Source: Felis catus (Eukaryota). From it: a stretch of DNA of 64,000 bases. A model generated the notes under the pieces. The model worked only from the letters and a program-made list of their open reading frames with translations, was not told where the DNA came from and did no database searches. Positions 1 to 12,586 of the stretch are shown piece by piece. A program made the translations under genes and the position numbers. The stretch is from the NCBI RefSeq assembly GCF_018350175.1, contig NC_058368.1:149360001-149424000 (forward strand), in the 5' to 3' direction. Within the stretch, counting starts at the first letter, position 1. Each line of letters starts with the position of its first letter.

Positions 1-1119
1 AATAAATGTTGTCTCAAGATGACATGGTGATTCATACCCAATTTGAAGGTGGCTGTTAGAAATTCACTAGGTAAATGCTGGAAGAGCAAGCTGGCTTTTG
101 ATTTTCTTTCTGAATGAGGTACTTAGGGTTATGGAGAGAATTATACAAGAATTTTGAAATAAAACTTGTACATTTGAAAGCTGATTTATGGATCAGCTTT
201 TCATAGTTTAAGACTCAAGTCAAAAATTTAATTCTCTTCTTCCCACCCCAGTAGCCTCACTGTGATGTTCAATTCAAGTTTGAAAGCATGTCTCAGCTTG
301 GGTTTGAGGTAATGTTGTGTCATTGTTATGGGTACAAACAGAAAGACCTAAAGGCCTTTGAGAGAGTAACAACTTTTTAAGTGACTTGTGGCAGTTTTCT
401 TTTTGTGGAACAGGGCAGGAGGTGAAACACCTTTGATATAAAGAGAAAATGAAAAAGAGCTGTTGAGAGAGTGCCAGCAGGCTCTGATGGCCCTCAATTT
501 TCATACCCGCCAGGTCTCACCCGGTTATAACTTACTGCAGGACACTGGAGCCTGTGTGTGTGAACACATCATCCTAACAAACTGTTCTATATCAGAACTG
601 CTTCAATATTGCTGTTATTTTAGGAGGTAGAATGGAAAAGCCAGCTCTAAGAAGACTGGTATCTATATTTACTTAAACATTGCCATTTAATCTAGTATCT
701 CATTAATACTGAGCAGCCATATTGCATTCTTTTCTTTTGATAACAAATACTAGATTTTTATGGGGAAAAAGTCTTGGTTAACAAAATATAGGCTGGGAGA
801 AGTAGCACAGGATTCCAAGTTTGATCTTAATGTTCTAGCTCAACGATTCCTGGCATTTGGATAACTTACTGCCAAAGACCTCTCCACTGAACTCCTGTGG
901 CGTGAATTAAATGACTATAAGAATGTTAACCAGATCCCTGAGAGTATATTGCTGCTCTAATATATTTTAGACACATTGATTAAATCATCGTTACCATTTA
1001 AGTATGAACAAGTATTGCAGCCCAAAGAAACTCAAGTTTATAGACTTATGACATCGTTTTAGCAGCTGTTTCAGAGTTCTATCAAAAGTTACATAAATAC
1101 TTTTGTTTGCTTTAAAAAA

Positions 1120-1327
1120 TTTTTTTTTAATGTTTATTTTTGAGAGAGATAGAGACAGAGCATAAGCAGGGGAGGGGCAGAGAGAGAGGGAGACCCAGAA
1201 TCTGAAGCAGGTTCCAGGCTCTGAGCTGTCAGTACAGATACCTACATAGGTCTCGAACCCAGGAACCATCAGATTGTGACCTGAGCTGAAGTCAGGCGAT
1301 TAGCCTACTGAGCAACACAGGTGCCCC
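1120..1327 (-). mobile_element. Feline Can-SINE (SINEC_Fc-like)
   Basis: Reverse complement of the tRNA-derived head (ends ...acacaggtgcccc), body 'gaatctgaagcaggttccaggctctgagctgtcag', (GA)n tract and T-rich tail. Confidence 0.95.
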
Positions 1328-2549
1328 ACAAGATGTTTCATCTTAAGTGACACCTTGAAGAGAAATTTTCTTCCAGAATACTAGCCATAATGTCAATTTA
1401 ACCAGCCTGGGCCAAGTGTCTATTATGTAACAGGCTTTGTTATTATCACTGAAGCAGATCCAAAATAATTGAAAATGAGCGTAACTGCTCCCTGTTAAAG
1501 CACCTATACACTCTGCTGGGGCCAGGCGTTTTGCAAGATGCTTCATGCACAGTGTCATCTTTGTTGGGATGGTTAAGAAGTTGGCCTATAGGAACTAGAG
1601 CTTCTGTCGGTAAAGGGTTAAGAGAACTCTGGTTGTAAAACCCAAGTTGATTTATGCTTTCTATTGTGTCTTTGTGGCAAAGTGGAAAAGGTTAGAAGTG
1701 AAAGAGGAGATAACATTTGAGCCAGCCCAAAGTGCTCATGTAGTGCATTGGAGAGCAGGCCCAAGATCTACTGGCTGGGTGGAAAGAAAAAGAAGGGAAA
1801 GAGAAGTACTGGTCTTGAAGCTTCTGTTAGTTAACTGAAGTGAAATTAAAATGTAAAGAGAGTCTTGCCAACAGGTTAGAAGTATCTTTGTCTATGAGTT
1901 TGTACTCATTATATGAATCTAGGCTAGATCTGACATAATGACTCACTGTGTCTCTTCAATTAGGCTCTCTTCTAAAGAAGGTTAGTCAGCTCTAGACTCT
2001 CTGCTTGTATCTGTGGAAGGTCTAGGCTAATAGTAATGAGGTTGCTCTTTGGAGTATCTTCTGAAGTGGTGTATTCACCAAGTACATAGAGGAGCACAAT
2101 AAAAAGATCAAGGTTTCTCTCCATTTATACGTTACATTAAAAAAAAGTTTGTTGCTTCTTTCTCAAGTTGAGGTTTCTAAAGGTAAGAAGTGGAAATGCA
2201 GGTTTTATGTATAATCAAGAAGTTTGCAATAACTTCTAATAGTAGCTGGGGGTAATACTGTGAAAATACAGAAGGTTGGTCTCTTTTTGAAAATAAATCC
2301 CAGAATTTTGTATGGAACTCACCCCATGCAAACAGGAGGTTCTATAATGTGGCCAGGAAAGGCTTTTACTGAAAAACACCCCTGGTCCTGACACCTAGTA
2401 TAAGACTGTTGGCTGGAGAGTGATTTTTTTTAAGCATGATGTCTCAGATATATCTAACTTTTAAATAATGCAACCATTTACATTAAACCATTGAAATAGC
2501 ATTCATTGAGAACAATTAGTCTACCATTTTATTCACTTCTTGTTATTTC

Positions 2550-2950
2550 ATTGGGAAGATAAAATACACAAAGCAATTTAGAGAATGATGAAAAATATCA
2601 TAGTTTCCAAGGCCTTTTTCAGAAGGACAAGGAAAAAGCAGGTCAGGGTAATCTAGAAGAATGGACACTGATTTAAGAAAGATTAAAGTTGGAGTTGGCC
2701 TTAAAGGTAAAGTAGAATCAGAATCAATGGAAAAGTGGGAACAGAGGAGAGAGAATTTTAAAGAGAGAAATAAGAGTTTTGAGTACAAATAAACATGACA
2801 CAAGAGTTTTGAGGAGCATGAAGAAACTGGAGAGTCCCCAGGTAGATTGGATGAATAAAGTGGAGGAAGGTGGGAAGTCTTGAGGCTTGGAATAGTTCCA
2901 GAATTTAGAGTTGGCTCTGTAAGTGGTAGGAATTATTGGAGATCCTTGAG
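2550..2950 (-). mobile_element. Degraded L2 LINE fragment
   Basis: Purine-rich stretch with L2-like phrases ('ttggagttggccttaaaggtaaagtagaat', 'ggtaggaattattggagatccttgagc'); recalled consensus only. Confidence 0.45.
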
Positions 2951-3065
2951 CTATATAGAATAACACCCTCTACTTGTTTCCTTGGGCTTTTGTCCTCTCT
3001 CCTAAGTCCAAACAGTAGATGGAAGGAGCAGACAATCAGTCTTGTGTTAAAGATAGTTAGCTTTA

Positions 3066-3274
3066 GGGGCGCCTGGGTGGCTCAGTCGGTTGGGTGTCCG
3101 ACTTCGGCTCAGGTCATGATCTCACGGTCCGTGAGTTCGAGACCCGCGTCGGGCTCTGTGCTGACAGCTCAGAGCCTGGAGCCTGTTTCAGATTCTGTGT
3201 CTCCCTCTCTCTCTGACCTTCCCCCATTCATGCTCTGTCTCTCTCTGTCTCAAAAATGAATAAAGATTAAAAAA
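3066..3274 (+). mobile_element. Feline Can-SINE (SINEC_Fc), full length
   Basis: Starts ggggcgcctgggtggctcagtcggtt; CpGs largely intact; perfect 17-bp TSD aaagatagttagcttta at 3049-3065 and 3275-3291, preceded by TT (L1 endonuclease-type site). Confidence 0.98.
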
Positions 3275-3344
3275 AAAGATAGTTAGCTTTAACCTAGTAA
3301 GCAGAGGAGGTAGCATGTTCTGATGTAGAGCACAAGAAGGGGAG

Positions 3345-3510
3345 AAAGTGCAGTATAAGAGCTAGGGTTGAAGACAGAAATTGGTTACTATTCTGATTTT
3401 ACCATTTTCTACTTGTGTACTGGGGAAAGGGAGACTAAATTTTCTTATCTCAGTTCTCTTTAAATTGGAAATAACTCAGACTATAATGGGTGTCTTGCAT
3501 AATTTTTAAT
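3345..3510 (+). mobile_element. Degraded MIR
   Basis: MIR core-like order: 'ctacttgtgtactggggaaag...tctcagttctctttaaattggaaataa...gggtgtcttgcataatt'. Confidence 0.5.
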
Positions 3511-3520
3511 ACTCTTAAAA

Positions 3521-3692
3521 TTTTTTTAATGTTTATTTTTGAGAGAGCATGAGCAGGGGAGGGGCAGAAAGAGAGAGACACAGAATCTGAAGCAGGGTCT
3601 AGGCTCTGAGCTGTCAGCACAGAGCCTGAAGCAAGTCTTGAACCCATGAACTATGAGATCATGACCTGAGCAAAGCCGGCTGCTGGTGCCTG
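3521..3692 (-). mobile_element. Feline Can-SINE with a small deletion in the head
   Basis: T tail, (GA)n tract, 'gaatctgaagcagggtctaggctctgagctgtcagcacagagcc...gagatcatgacctgagc'. Confidence 0.93.
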
Positions 3693-5932
3693 GAATCGAG
3701 CATACGTGAATCCTGACTATAATAACAGTTTGCCTCCTTTCCATGCATCTCTTTCTCAGACTTGCTGGAAGTCTTAGCTATTAGAATGGGTATATTTTTG
3801 GATAAGCTAAGACTACAGTAGTATTTAGAGTAACACATCACAAAGAACAAGGCTATGCAAGATAAATAATCACATAAAAATCATGGAAGGGAACAGTTGA
3901 AGAAGGTCAGAGGAGATTAATTGCTAAGTTGGCCTTGGGGGAACCTTGGAAAAAGTTAGGACTGGGAAGTGAGGTATTATCAATTTTTTCTCCTTATCTG
4001 AAAGTTTTAGTTCATTCAAGTCAAAAATCCATCTTTGCAATTGAATTCTCTGCTAGAAGTTGTCATATTGATGATCCTGAAAATTTAATTTTCTCATTAG
4101 TTTGAGTACAGTCTCACTGCATTGTCCCTTTGGACTAAAGAAGATTAGAACTTGTTCCTCACCCTCCTATAGAAGATTTTGTCATCAAAATTTTCTCTGG
4201 TCTGGAAAGACTCTGAAGGTAGCAAATAAATAATCACTTATTCATCGTATTTTCCCCTTTATGTCTTTTCCATAGCAATAGATTAAAATCTCTCTCTCTA
4301 TTTTTTCTTTTTTTGCCATGTGGTATTTGGACCAAGTCATTTCTTATCTAAAGTCTTACTTTTGAAATGAAAAATGAAAACTTTTGCTTAGATTACAGCA
4401 CATCTTTTATTTATTTTTATTATCTTAAAGGTTGGGAGACTGTGTATAGGTGATGAATGGCAGAAGGATGCTTTGTATGCTCACAGTGACTTTATCTTGA
4501 TGAACTTGAATTCTCATTAAATGTTCATTTAATCATTCCCTTGCTTCAAAATTTTGACTGAGGACACAGCATAGGAATGCTGACAAATTATTGTAAAGCA
4601 TTATATCTGTGGTCTACATGTAAACATAACTAAGTGTCCTTAAATAAGACTTATTTTTGTGAGCTGCAGAGCTGTTGGCCTTTGAAGATTAATTGGCAGT
4701 TTTTTAAGGCCCATCCATTTAGAAAATGGATTCACTTGTGGGCAATATCAACTTTGAGAAACAGTAAAGATTGAATTACTCTGAACTTGATTCTTAAAGC
4801 TTCTATTAATGGCTAATAATTCTATTAATTCATTAATGGCTTCTTCTAGCGTGTTTTCTTGATAACTCATTTGACAAATAATAAACATACGCATTTGAAA
4901 TTTACAGATAATGTGAAAGTACAGAGATTTTGATTTGTCTTCCATTTGTAAAAGTAGCTGTGTTCTCCATTCTCTTACTGAAATTGCTCCCCTCCAATAT
5001 GCATTTTTTCCTCCATTCCCTAGTTTCACATTACAAATACTGGATGAACTCCATTCTAAGAACATAACATTATAGAATCCTATTTAATGCCAACCAACTC
5101 CATTTCCTCATGAGTTTAATTTGACATTTCTACTCTATCACTTAGTGGCAACACTGAGTTTGGATCCCAATCCTTTGAATGCCCTAGGTCCAGTGGATTT
5201 TTTCATCTCACTGTATTATCTTCCTTAGGCCAGGCAACCAAAAATAAATAAATAAATAAAAATAAAGTGCCAGTCCATAAAAGGGATGATTTTAACATGT
5301 GTCCTTGGAAGATATTCTAGGATATGAGGATCCCTTGTCTCCCAAATACCTGCTGTATAATGTGTCCTTTTGCCTGAGATTCTATAAGTGAAGATGCACT
5401 CCTTAAAACCTAATATAGCTGTACAAAAGCTGCTTTTAAAATGCCAATATTCCTTTTAAAATAACTCCTCAGTATGTAAGAATTATTTCGTTTAATTGGG
5501 TTGCTGACCTAAGAAAGGCTGTAAGGAAGTAAAATGTCATTGTGGAGATGTGTGAGACATCATTTCAGAGCAAAGGGGCCTATCTCCAATAGGAAGTTAT
5601 GGTGTGGGTGTTTGTGTATACCTGTATGTGTGTGACTGTGGTAGCAGTAATAGTCATTATGGTGAATGTTGGGGAGAGGATTAGGGCATGGAGAAAAACA
5701 GAGTGGAGGGCTATGTATCTCCTAAAGGCAGTGTATTTGCTAGACCCCTAGGTACTTTGAGAGTGTAGGGAGAAGAGTATGAAAGGATCTCCATAATTGT
5801 TAGCATGATAGTTGGGGGGTGGGGAGCAGAGAAGGTAGGAACACGGATATACAGCAATTACAGATTCATATAGTCTACTTGTTGCCATGTGAAATACTCT
5901 GAATTCTACAATTTTTCCCAGTTCGAAAATGT

Positions 5933-6010
5933 CCTTAATTCTATGCCTATACATATAGGATCCGTAATTCTATGCCTATAAATCAAAGCCTTAATTCTAT
6001 GACCTATACA
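5933..6010. repeat. Three copies of a ~21-bp unit (ccttaattctatgcctataca) with short spacers
   Basis: Copies at 5933-5953, 5962-5982 and 5989-6010; spacers tataggat and tcaaag. Confidence 0.85.
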
Positions 6011-6242
6011 AAAACACACAAATGCAAACATGAGCATGGACATAATAGAGGGCAAAGCGCTTCTGGTAACACCCCTAAATCAATGCCAGTGATGGTATCT
6101 CCGATTACATAACATAGGTCAGGCACCAGAAGTCAAAAGGTGACTTAATAGAGTAAGGACCTAAAGGAAAACAAAACAAAACAAAACAAAAACAGCTATT
6201 CAAGAACTTTGCAGAATTCCACATGCTAATGACCCCTTGGAG

Positions 6243-6261
6243 GTGGCAGTAGATGGCACTT
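6243..6261 (+). promoter_or_regulatory. Candidate CTCF motif
   Basis: gtggCAGTAGATGGCACtt fits the CTCF core CCASYAGRKGGCRS except for the first C; motif match only. Confidence 0.35.
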
Positions 6262-6535
6262 TCTTCAAGCACAGTGTCACCCACAGTTGCTGTGTGAGAC
6301 TCAGGTGTCACACTGTGGAGGGCTACTATTCTCCCCCCTGAGGTGAGACATTTGTGTTGGAGTCACTTGAATGATTCTGACCTGTTATCAGAAAGAACCT
6401 CTCGGCATAGTAGAGATAAAAGAGAGTAAAGCAACCTAAATATATCTGGGAAGGGAAGGAACATCATGAGAGAGTGTATTTATGAAGACATGGAAAGAAA
6501 ATGCAAGATATGAGTCTATTAAAATGTAAGAGAGC

Positions 6536-6730
6536 AGGGTGCCTGGGTGGCTCAGTTGGTTAAGTATCAGACATCCGCTCAGGTCATGATCTCATGGCTG
6601 GTGAGTTTAAGTCCCTCATCCGGCTCTGTGCTGACAGCTCAAACCCTGAAACCTACTTTGGATTCTCCCTCTCTCTGCCCCTCCCCTGCTCATAATCTCT
6701 CTCTCTCAATAATAAATAAATGTTAATTTA
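6536..6730 (+). mobile_element. Feline Can-SINE
   Basis: agggtgcctgggtggctcagttggttaag...ctcaggtcatgatctc...ggctctgtgctgacagctca, (CT)n, aataataaataaa tail. Confidence 0.95.
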
Positions 6731-6750
6731 ATTTTATTTTACTTTATTTT

Positions 6751-6808
6751 CTTCCTTCCTTCCTTCCTTCCTTCCTTCCTTCCTTCCTTCCTTCCTTCCT
6801 TCCTTCCT
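6751..6808. repeat. (TTCC)n microsatellite adjoining a SINE tail
   Basis: About 14 perfect cttc units. Confidence 0.97.
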
Positions 6809-7719
6809 TTATTCCTTTCTTTATTAGCATAGGGGAGCATTTGTGGAGAGGTCAGGTTTTAGGACATTTCTTTCGACAACATTAATGGACAATGAGGCAA
6901 TATAGTGAATATTTGCTGCAGCTAATCTAGTTTTTAATACTTTCCTCAGGCCTCCACCTCACTTATCCATGCACAGAAAGTTTTCTATCAATGAACAATT
7001 GACTTAATATTTTCCGTGAAGGTAAAAGATGATTTAGCAAGAACAAAAGCATTTTAAGGTAGTACATTCCTAAAGTTGAATAAACTTCGATGATCTCATC
7101 CCACTCACCTTTGTTGCAAGGCTGACATTTAAAAGTCCCATCCTCATGCACCATTAATTTCAAATTTATCTTTTTAGATACTTCAAGTTCTTAAATATTT
7201 GGAACAATAGACAATACCTTTAATAAGTTCTATCTTATTTACCACATTTATTTTGTATGAGTAAGTTGGAATTTGCCTCAGAGACCTCAATCTCAGAGAG
7301 AAAACAGTATTTTATTACTTGCAGGTACATAAACCCTTTCTTAATGATTCAACTATTGTTAGCCCCTATTGGGCCAGAGTAATTGAAATTCTCTGCACCT
7401 AGTGATTTAGCATTTGCAAGTAACTTTATCAGCATACATATTTCATTGCCTACTCATCCTAAATAAAGGCTTTGCTTTGGATAAAGTTATTCCTAGATTT
7501 TGAATAGTGACTCAAACTTTAGCTGGTCAGTGCAACTTTATTTTTTAGGGGTTGTAGTTTCAAAAACAACTGGATTCCTGCATTCTAATGAGCTGTATAT
7601 ATAACATGACAAAGTGTGTATGCACTGCCTGCCTTCCTGATGTAGCTCCCAGGCAAAGGCACTTCTACAAGCCTCATGTCCTGCAGAAATCATTGGAAAG
7701 GTGTGGTGTTCAGTGGCTT

Positions 7720-7908
7720 TCAGTTTGGGCCCTTCTGTATCTGAGTGGCCTTGGGTAAGAGGCTTGAATGTTCATGCCCAAATTATTTGACCAGTAAACA
7801 GGTTTAACAATAGTTAATTTATAGTGGCGATATGATGTAGAATGTAAAGCTTTAGAACAATGCATGGCACATCGTTCAAATCCAATAGAGGTTCAGCAAT
7901 TGCTATTT
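7720..7908 (+). mobile_element. Degraded MIR (3' half)
   Basis: 'gtggccttgggtaagaggcttgaa...atgtaaagctttagaacaatgcatggcacatcg...caatagaggttcagcaattgctatt' follows the MIR 3' end. Confidence 0.65.
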
Positions 7909-8229
7909 TAAGATCATTAAGTTACAGCTCTGGGCCTCAAGTAGAAATACTTTGGAATGACTACTAGAAGTAGCTCCTTCTGTGATGCTAAAACATTAGT
8001 AAATGTTTTGGGGAAGAGCATTCTGTAAGTTTCTTAGATTTGTTCATTTGGAAGAAAATTGTTTTAGAAACATCTAACCCAATGCTTAAGTACAAGTAAA
8101 TTCAATTTGTTTTGTTCATTTGTTTCTTTCTTCCTCATTCCTCCCTATGCCACTCATTCTGGGTATATAGAGCACATTTGTCCAGTATCCCTTATCTAGT
8201 GGCTTTGTACCCATTTACATACTGAATTA

Positions 8230-8460
8230 TAGCTTTTTAATCTTTAGTATAAGTGACTCTAATTTGATAATACTTCCTCTCATATCTAATTTTTAAACTT
8301 AATTTTTCTGCTATCCTGTCCCCAATCTACATTCTCCTTAGTTAAAAAATAAATAAATAAATAAAACCTGGACATAGTCTTAAGATAAGGGTCTAACCAA
8401 TGCTAACTATAATAGGCGACTTCTTTCTGGTGTCTCTGTGTTAAGTCTTATTCGAATACT
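8230..8460 (-). mobile_element. Possible L3/CR1 remnant
   Basis: 'cctggacatagtcttaagataagggtctaaccaatgctaactataatagg' resembles the antisense CR1 RT-region phrase; recalled consensus. Confidence 0.35.
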
Positions 8461-9391
8461 GGTTTTCAATATGGCATGTACAATGAATAAAGTGATCTTA
8501 GGCTGAATGTACACAATCCCTAATTAGCATTCATGATGGGCATTTTTTCTAAATATGCAAATGTTCTTAGCTCATGTCTATAAAATATAATAATGCAGCA
8601 AACTACTCATCATAACTGTGTGGTCCCCTAAGGAAGTTGTCAGTAAATTACCTGAAGTCTTGTACCATGTACCCCTCCACCCTGTAGGAATCCATAGCAG
8701 GACTGTCATGAGGAATACACATGGATAGCTTGGACGTGTTATAATTCCTTGGACTAATCAAGTGACAGCCTGATTAGTGCATACCAAGTTAGGTTTGGGA
8801 AGAACTAGAATATATGCTTGATAAATGTTAGCCCCATAAGTGGTTAAATGAACAAATGAATGCTTCGAATAAAGTATCCCTTGTCTTTTTATTATAAATC
8901 AGTAAGTGAAGACGACAGAGGTGTCAGAGAAATACCATGCAGTATCTATTCACATACCACTGTTTGAGTTTGAGTGTGTGTGTGTGTGTCCCAAGAGGCT
9001 CTTCTTCTCTTCTGCTATCACTGTAACCTATTCATTACATATGGATCAGAGGTTCATAAAATAGTGAAGCCTGTAGCAGAACTAGAACATCACCCAGATC
9101 ATTAAAATTCTTAATCCTCTTGCTATGCCCTAATCTCAACATCATTTTAATGCAGATCTGTAAGTGTTAATGGTTCATTAAAGGAGAGTTGTGACCCCTG
9201 CAACATCCTCTACAGAGCTATTAAGTTTCACCATCTACATTTGTTTGTAGATTTACCTTATGTGTCAAAAGTAACTTTGTGACTCCTTGGCTTGCATATT
9301 CCTTGTCAGAGTTCAAACTCATTATAAGCACTGTGTTTCCTCTATAAACTAGGTCACAGACTTCTAGTATCCACCTGATGCCAATATAGGT

Positions 9392-9396
<5 letters not shown>

Positions 9397-9426
<30 letters not shown>
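9397..9426. repeat. (TA)15 microsatellite
   Basis: Perfect dinucleotide run. Confidence 0.97.
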
Positions 9427-9435
<9 letters not shown>

Positions 9436-9507
9436 TTTCTTGGTTTATTCCCCTCATAACATGAATTAACAGTTTTTTTAATAATTGTGGTTATGTATTT
9501 TCTCTTT

Positions 9508-9723
9508 TTTTAATTTTTCAGTTTAATTTTTTTAATGTTTATTTTTGAGAGAGAGAAGTGTGTGTGTGTGAGCAAGGAAGGGCAGAAAGAAAGGAGCAAA
9601 GGAGGGGCAGAAAGAGAGAGAGACAGAGTGCAGAGCCCGATGTGGGGCTGGAACTCACAGACTATGAGATCATGACCTGAGCCAAAGTTGGACGCTTAAC
9701 CTACTGAGCCACCCAGGCACTTC
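9508..9723 (-). mobile_element. Feline Can-SINE with internal deletion
   Basis: Head '...gttggacgcttaacctactgagccacccaggcac'; 12-bp TSD tattttctcttt at 9496-9507 and 9724-9735. Confidence 0.93.
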
Positions 9724-9739
9724 TATTTTCTCTTTATGC

Positions 9740-9850
9740 CTCACTAGGAAACAAGTTACGTAAGAGCAGGTGCTCTCATTCTCTACTGGGTCAAGCATTC
9801 ACAAAGTAATCAGCAAATAGATGAAGCGTAATAACTGTTGAATGGATGGA
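9740..9850 (+). mobile_element. L2 3' end fragment
   Basis: 'aagttacgtaagagcaggtgctctc...aataactgttgaatggatgga' typical of an L2 terminus. Confidence 0.5.
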
Positions 9851-10056
9851 TCACTGAAGGCCTCCCAGACAGACACATCATATTCCAAATAATGCACTTT
9901 GGTTTGGATTTTTTGTCCTTATTGTAGAAATAATTCTGTTACTGAAGCCTCATTAATTGGCAACTGAGAACAAAGACCTAGACTAGACCTATCTTAAAGG
10001 AGTGCCTGATATACTAGAAACTCAATGTGTTATATATAATGTCCAAACACTAGGTT

Positions 10057-10105
10057 GAAATCGAATGTTTTCAAAAAAAAAAAAAAAAAGAAATCGAATG
10101 TTTTC
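10057..10105 (+). mobile_element. Solo poly(A) insertion (A17) with perfect 16-bp TSD
   Basis: gaaatcgaatgttttc at 10057-10072 and 10090-10105 flanking 17 A; preceded by TT. Confidence 0.85.
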
Positions 10106-10834
10106 TATTTTTCTACTGTATCATACACCAAAGAAGTTTGTTTTAGTACTTTCAGTAGTGGTTGAGGATAACACAGAAAGATGACTGAGTAGTTATTTTA
10201 ATCCGTTTATTCTTAGTGTAGTCAAATGTCCCATACAGTTTTGTGGACATGTCTGGTTACTGATTACAAAGCTGAGCAAATTAAAAGGAGGCAAGAGATT
10301 TTAAGTTTAGACTTTCTCCACTAGGGAATCTCCTTTTGATCAATAATGGTAAATCAAAATTTTTTCGTGTGATTTTTCTTCCTAATCAGTCAGGAGTATT
10401 ACCTAGATGCATCCTGAAGAGAGATATATGCACAAATTCACAAATCAGTTACCTTCTCACCTGTCCTCTTTTCTGCTTGGTTGCCACCATCTCTTTCTCC
10501 AAACTGCAATTTGATAAGTTATATTGCTAATAAACAACACATCAAAATATCCCCATTAGCTATTTGGAAACTGACATGAATAAAGTAATTGGTTGAGTTA
10601 CCCTTTTAAAAATTTTTTGAGCTTTTGACTTGGTTTCTTTGTTTTACTCTCTTGTTTAATAGTTAACATATTCAGCTTAAATGACCAATAGTCACTAGTG
10701 ATGCCCTAAATGATATTGTTAATTCATCCATATTATGAGGATTGCTATGTTAAAGTGTTGGTTAACCCAAACTTCAGAATGCCATTCTTGGCATTCTTTC
10801 CTCAGGTCCTTATGGCTCCCAAATCCCAGTTAGA

Positions 10835-11063
10835 TTTTACTTTATTTTATTTTTTATATTTTAAAGTTTATTTGAGGGAGTGTGTATGTGTGTGAGCAGG
10901 CGAGTGGGGAAGGGGAGAGAGAAAGGGATAGAGAGACTCCCAAGCAGGCTCTGCTTTGTCAACTCAGAGTCTGATGTGGGGCTGAAACCCATGAACTGCA
11001 AGATCATGACCTGAACTGACATCAGGAGTCAGACACTTAACTGACTGAGCCACCGAGGTCCCC
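10835..11063 (-). mobile_element. Feline Can-SINE (older Fc2-like subtype)
   Basis: 'ctcccaagcaggctctgctttgtc...gatcatgacctgaactgacatcaggagtcagacacttaactgactgagccacc'. Confidence 0.92.
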
Positions 11064-12422
11064 GGCCCCTCCCCCACCCCTGATTTACATTTGAAACCAT
11101 AGGAGTCTGAATGAGTATTTGGAAGAAAAGTATAAAAAGTGTCATGAGACTTAAACTGATGACCATGTGTAAATTTACTGTTCATTTAACCAAACAAATC
11201 GATGAGTTCATTAGTGAAACAATTAACCTAATTTGACCAGGTCATTTATTCAAACCAAAGTCAGTTTGGTGAAAATACACATCACCTCAAATAATCTCTC
11301 TAATACACTTATCACCTTAGGTCAGTTCCAATACCAGGATTTGTAGGAGTCCATAAGAGTTTATGACTGTGAAATAAGAGTCAATTAAATCAGAATATGA
11401 TATTCTAACTCCATGCTTTAAATGAACGTCAAGAAATTGCTGCCTTATATAGCACTTACAGTCACGGGTCTTGGGAGAGACCTCATAGATAAAAAATGCA
11501 CTAAAAAAAATCTTCAGATGCTTAAATATATCCGCTGGTTTTAGTGATAAAATATGTTTGGATCAATAGCTCTGGATGTCAGAATATAATAAATGTTAGA
11601 GAAATCTCTTGAGCTGGTAAAAAGTACCCACAAATCAAAGGCTTTTTAAGGTAGTTGGGGACAGTGTTTTAAATGTGTGTTAGATGTTGTGTACCTGACG
11701 TTGCTGTGGTCTCTCTCTTTCTCTCTCTATATATAGGTATTGCCTTTCACTATTCACCATCTTTCTTAAACGTGGATGTAAAGTTAATTCCCACAAATTT
11801 CCTATGTGAACAATACATATACTTTCTATAAGGTCTTAATATAATCTATAATGAGTTCTGTTTTATTTATTGCCCTTCACCTTATTGCCTGAAAACTGAT
11901 GAATCATATGAAAATTTTAAAAATTAAGACTCATCCCCTAGTTCACACATCTGCCTTACTATGACCTATTTCAGGTCAAAGAGGGAGTCATAAACAGGTT
12001 GATGCAGCCAACCCCTGGGTAGTCAGTGGTGCTTGAGGGATATATTGTGCAGCAAAAGAAGACACACATACATTAAAACATAATATTTACTCATTCCCTG
12101 GAGTATTTTTACCCACAGTTTAAATCATGAAATCAGTTTAATTTTTTTTAAATGAACAATTTCTATCCTTAAGAGTTGAACTAAGTATCCATTAACTTAG
12201 ATTAAAAGGTAATGACAAAATTACAGAACACCTAAGTGCATTGTCATCCTGTTAATCAAATTTACATCTGTATATATTTAAAGATAAACCTACTTGCTAG
12301 ATGTATTTACTCAGTGCACAGGCAATGATTGAAATAGTCATGTTGATGAGGAGGGAGTTCTCAAAAGATTAACTTCCATTCAGACCATGGTTATTCATTG
12401 ATGGACAATGTTTCGATTTTAG

Positions 12423-12586
12423 CCAACATTAATAAAAGTGTTAGAACCAGCTGCAGATGGCATCAGTGGGTTTCAGCATGAGGAGTTGGGGAACGGGAAA
12501 AGTACTTCACCAAGCACTCTGAGATCATCTCTGCAGTACTCCTATGACTAAACCAAATCAGTTGGGAAGACTGGTGAATGAACTAA
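12423..12586 (+). other. Candidate non-coding exon (164 nt)
   Basis: Acceptor tttcgattttAG| with a weak pyrimidine tract; donor |GTAAGT at 12587-12592; stops in all three frames. Confidence 0.2.

Noticed and set aside
2936..3259. Recurring peptide 'GAWVAQSV...AQVMIS...GSVLTAQSLEP' in many ORFs as a protein family
   Set aside because: It is the translation of the Can-SINE consensus.
11140..11280. MER121/UCON-like ancient repeat (also about 49575-49600)
   Set aside because: The resemblance is too vague to support without a profile search.
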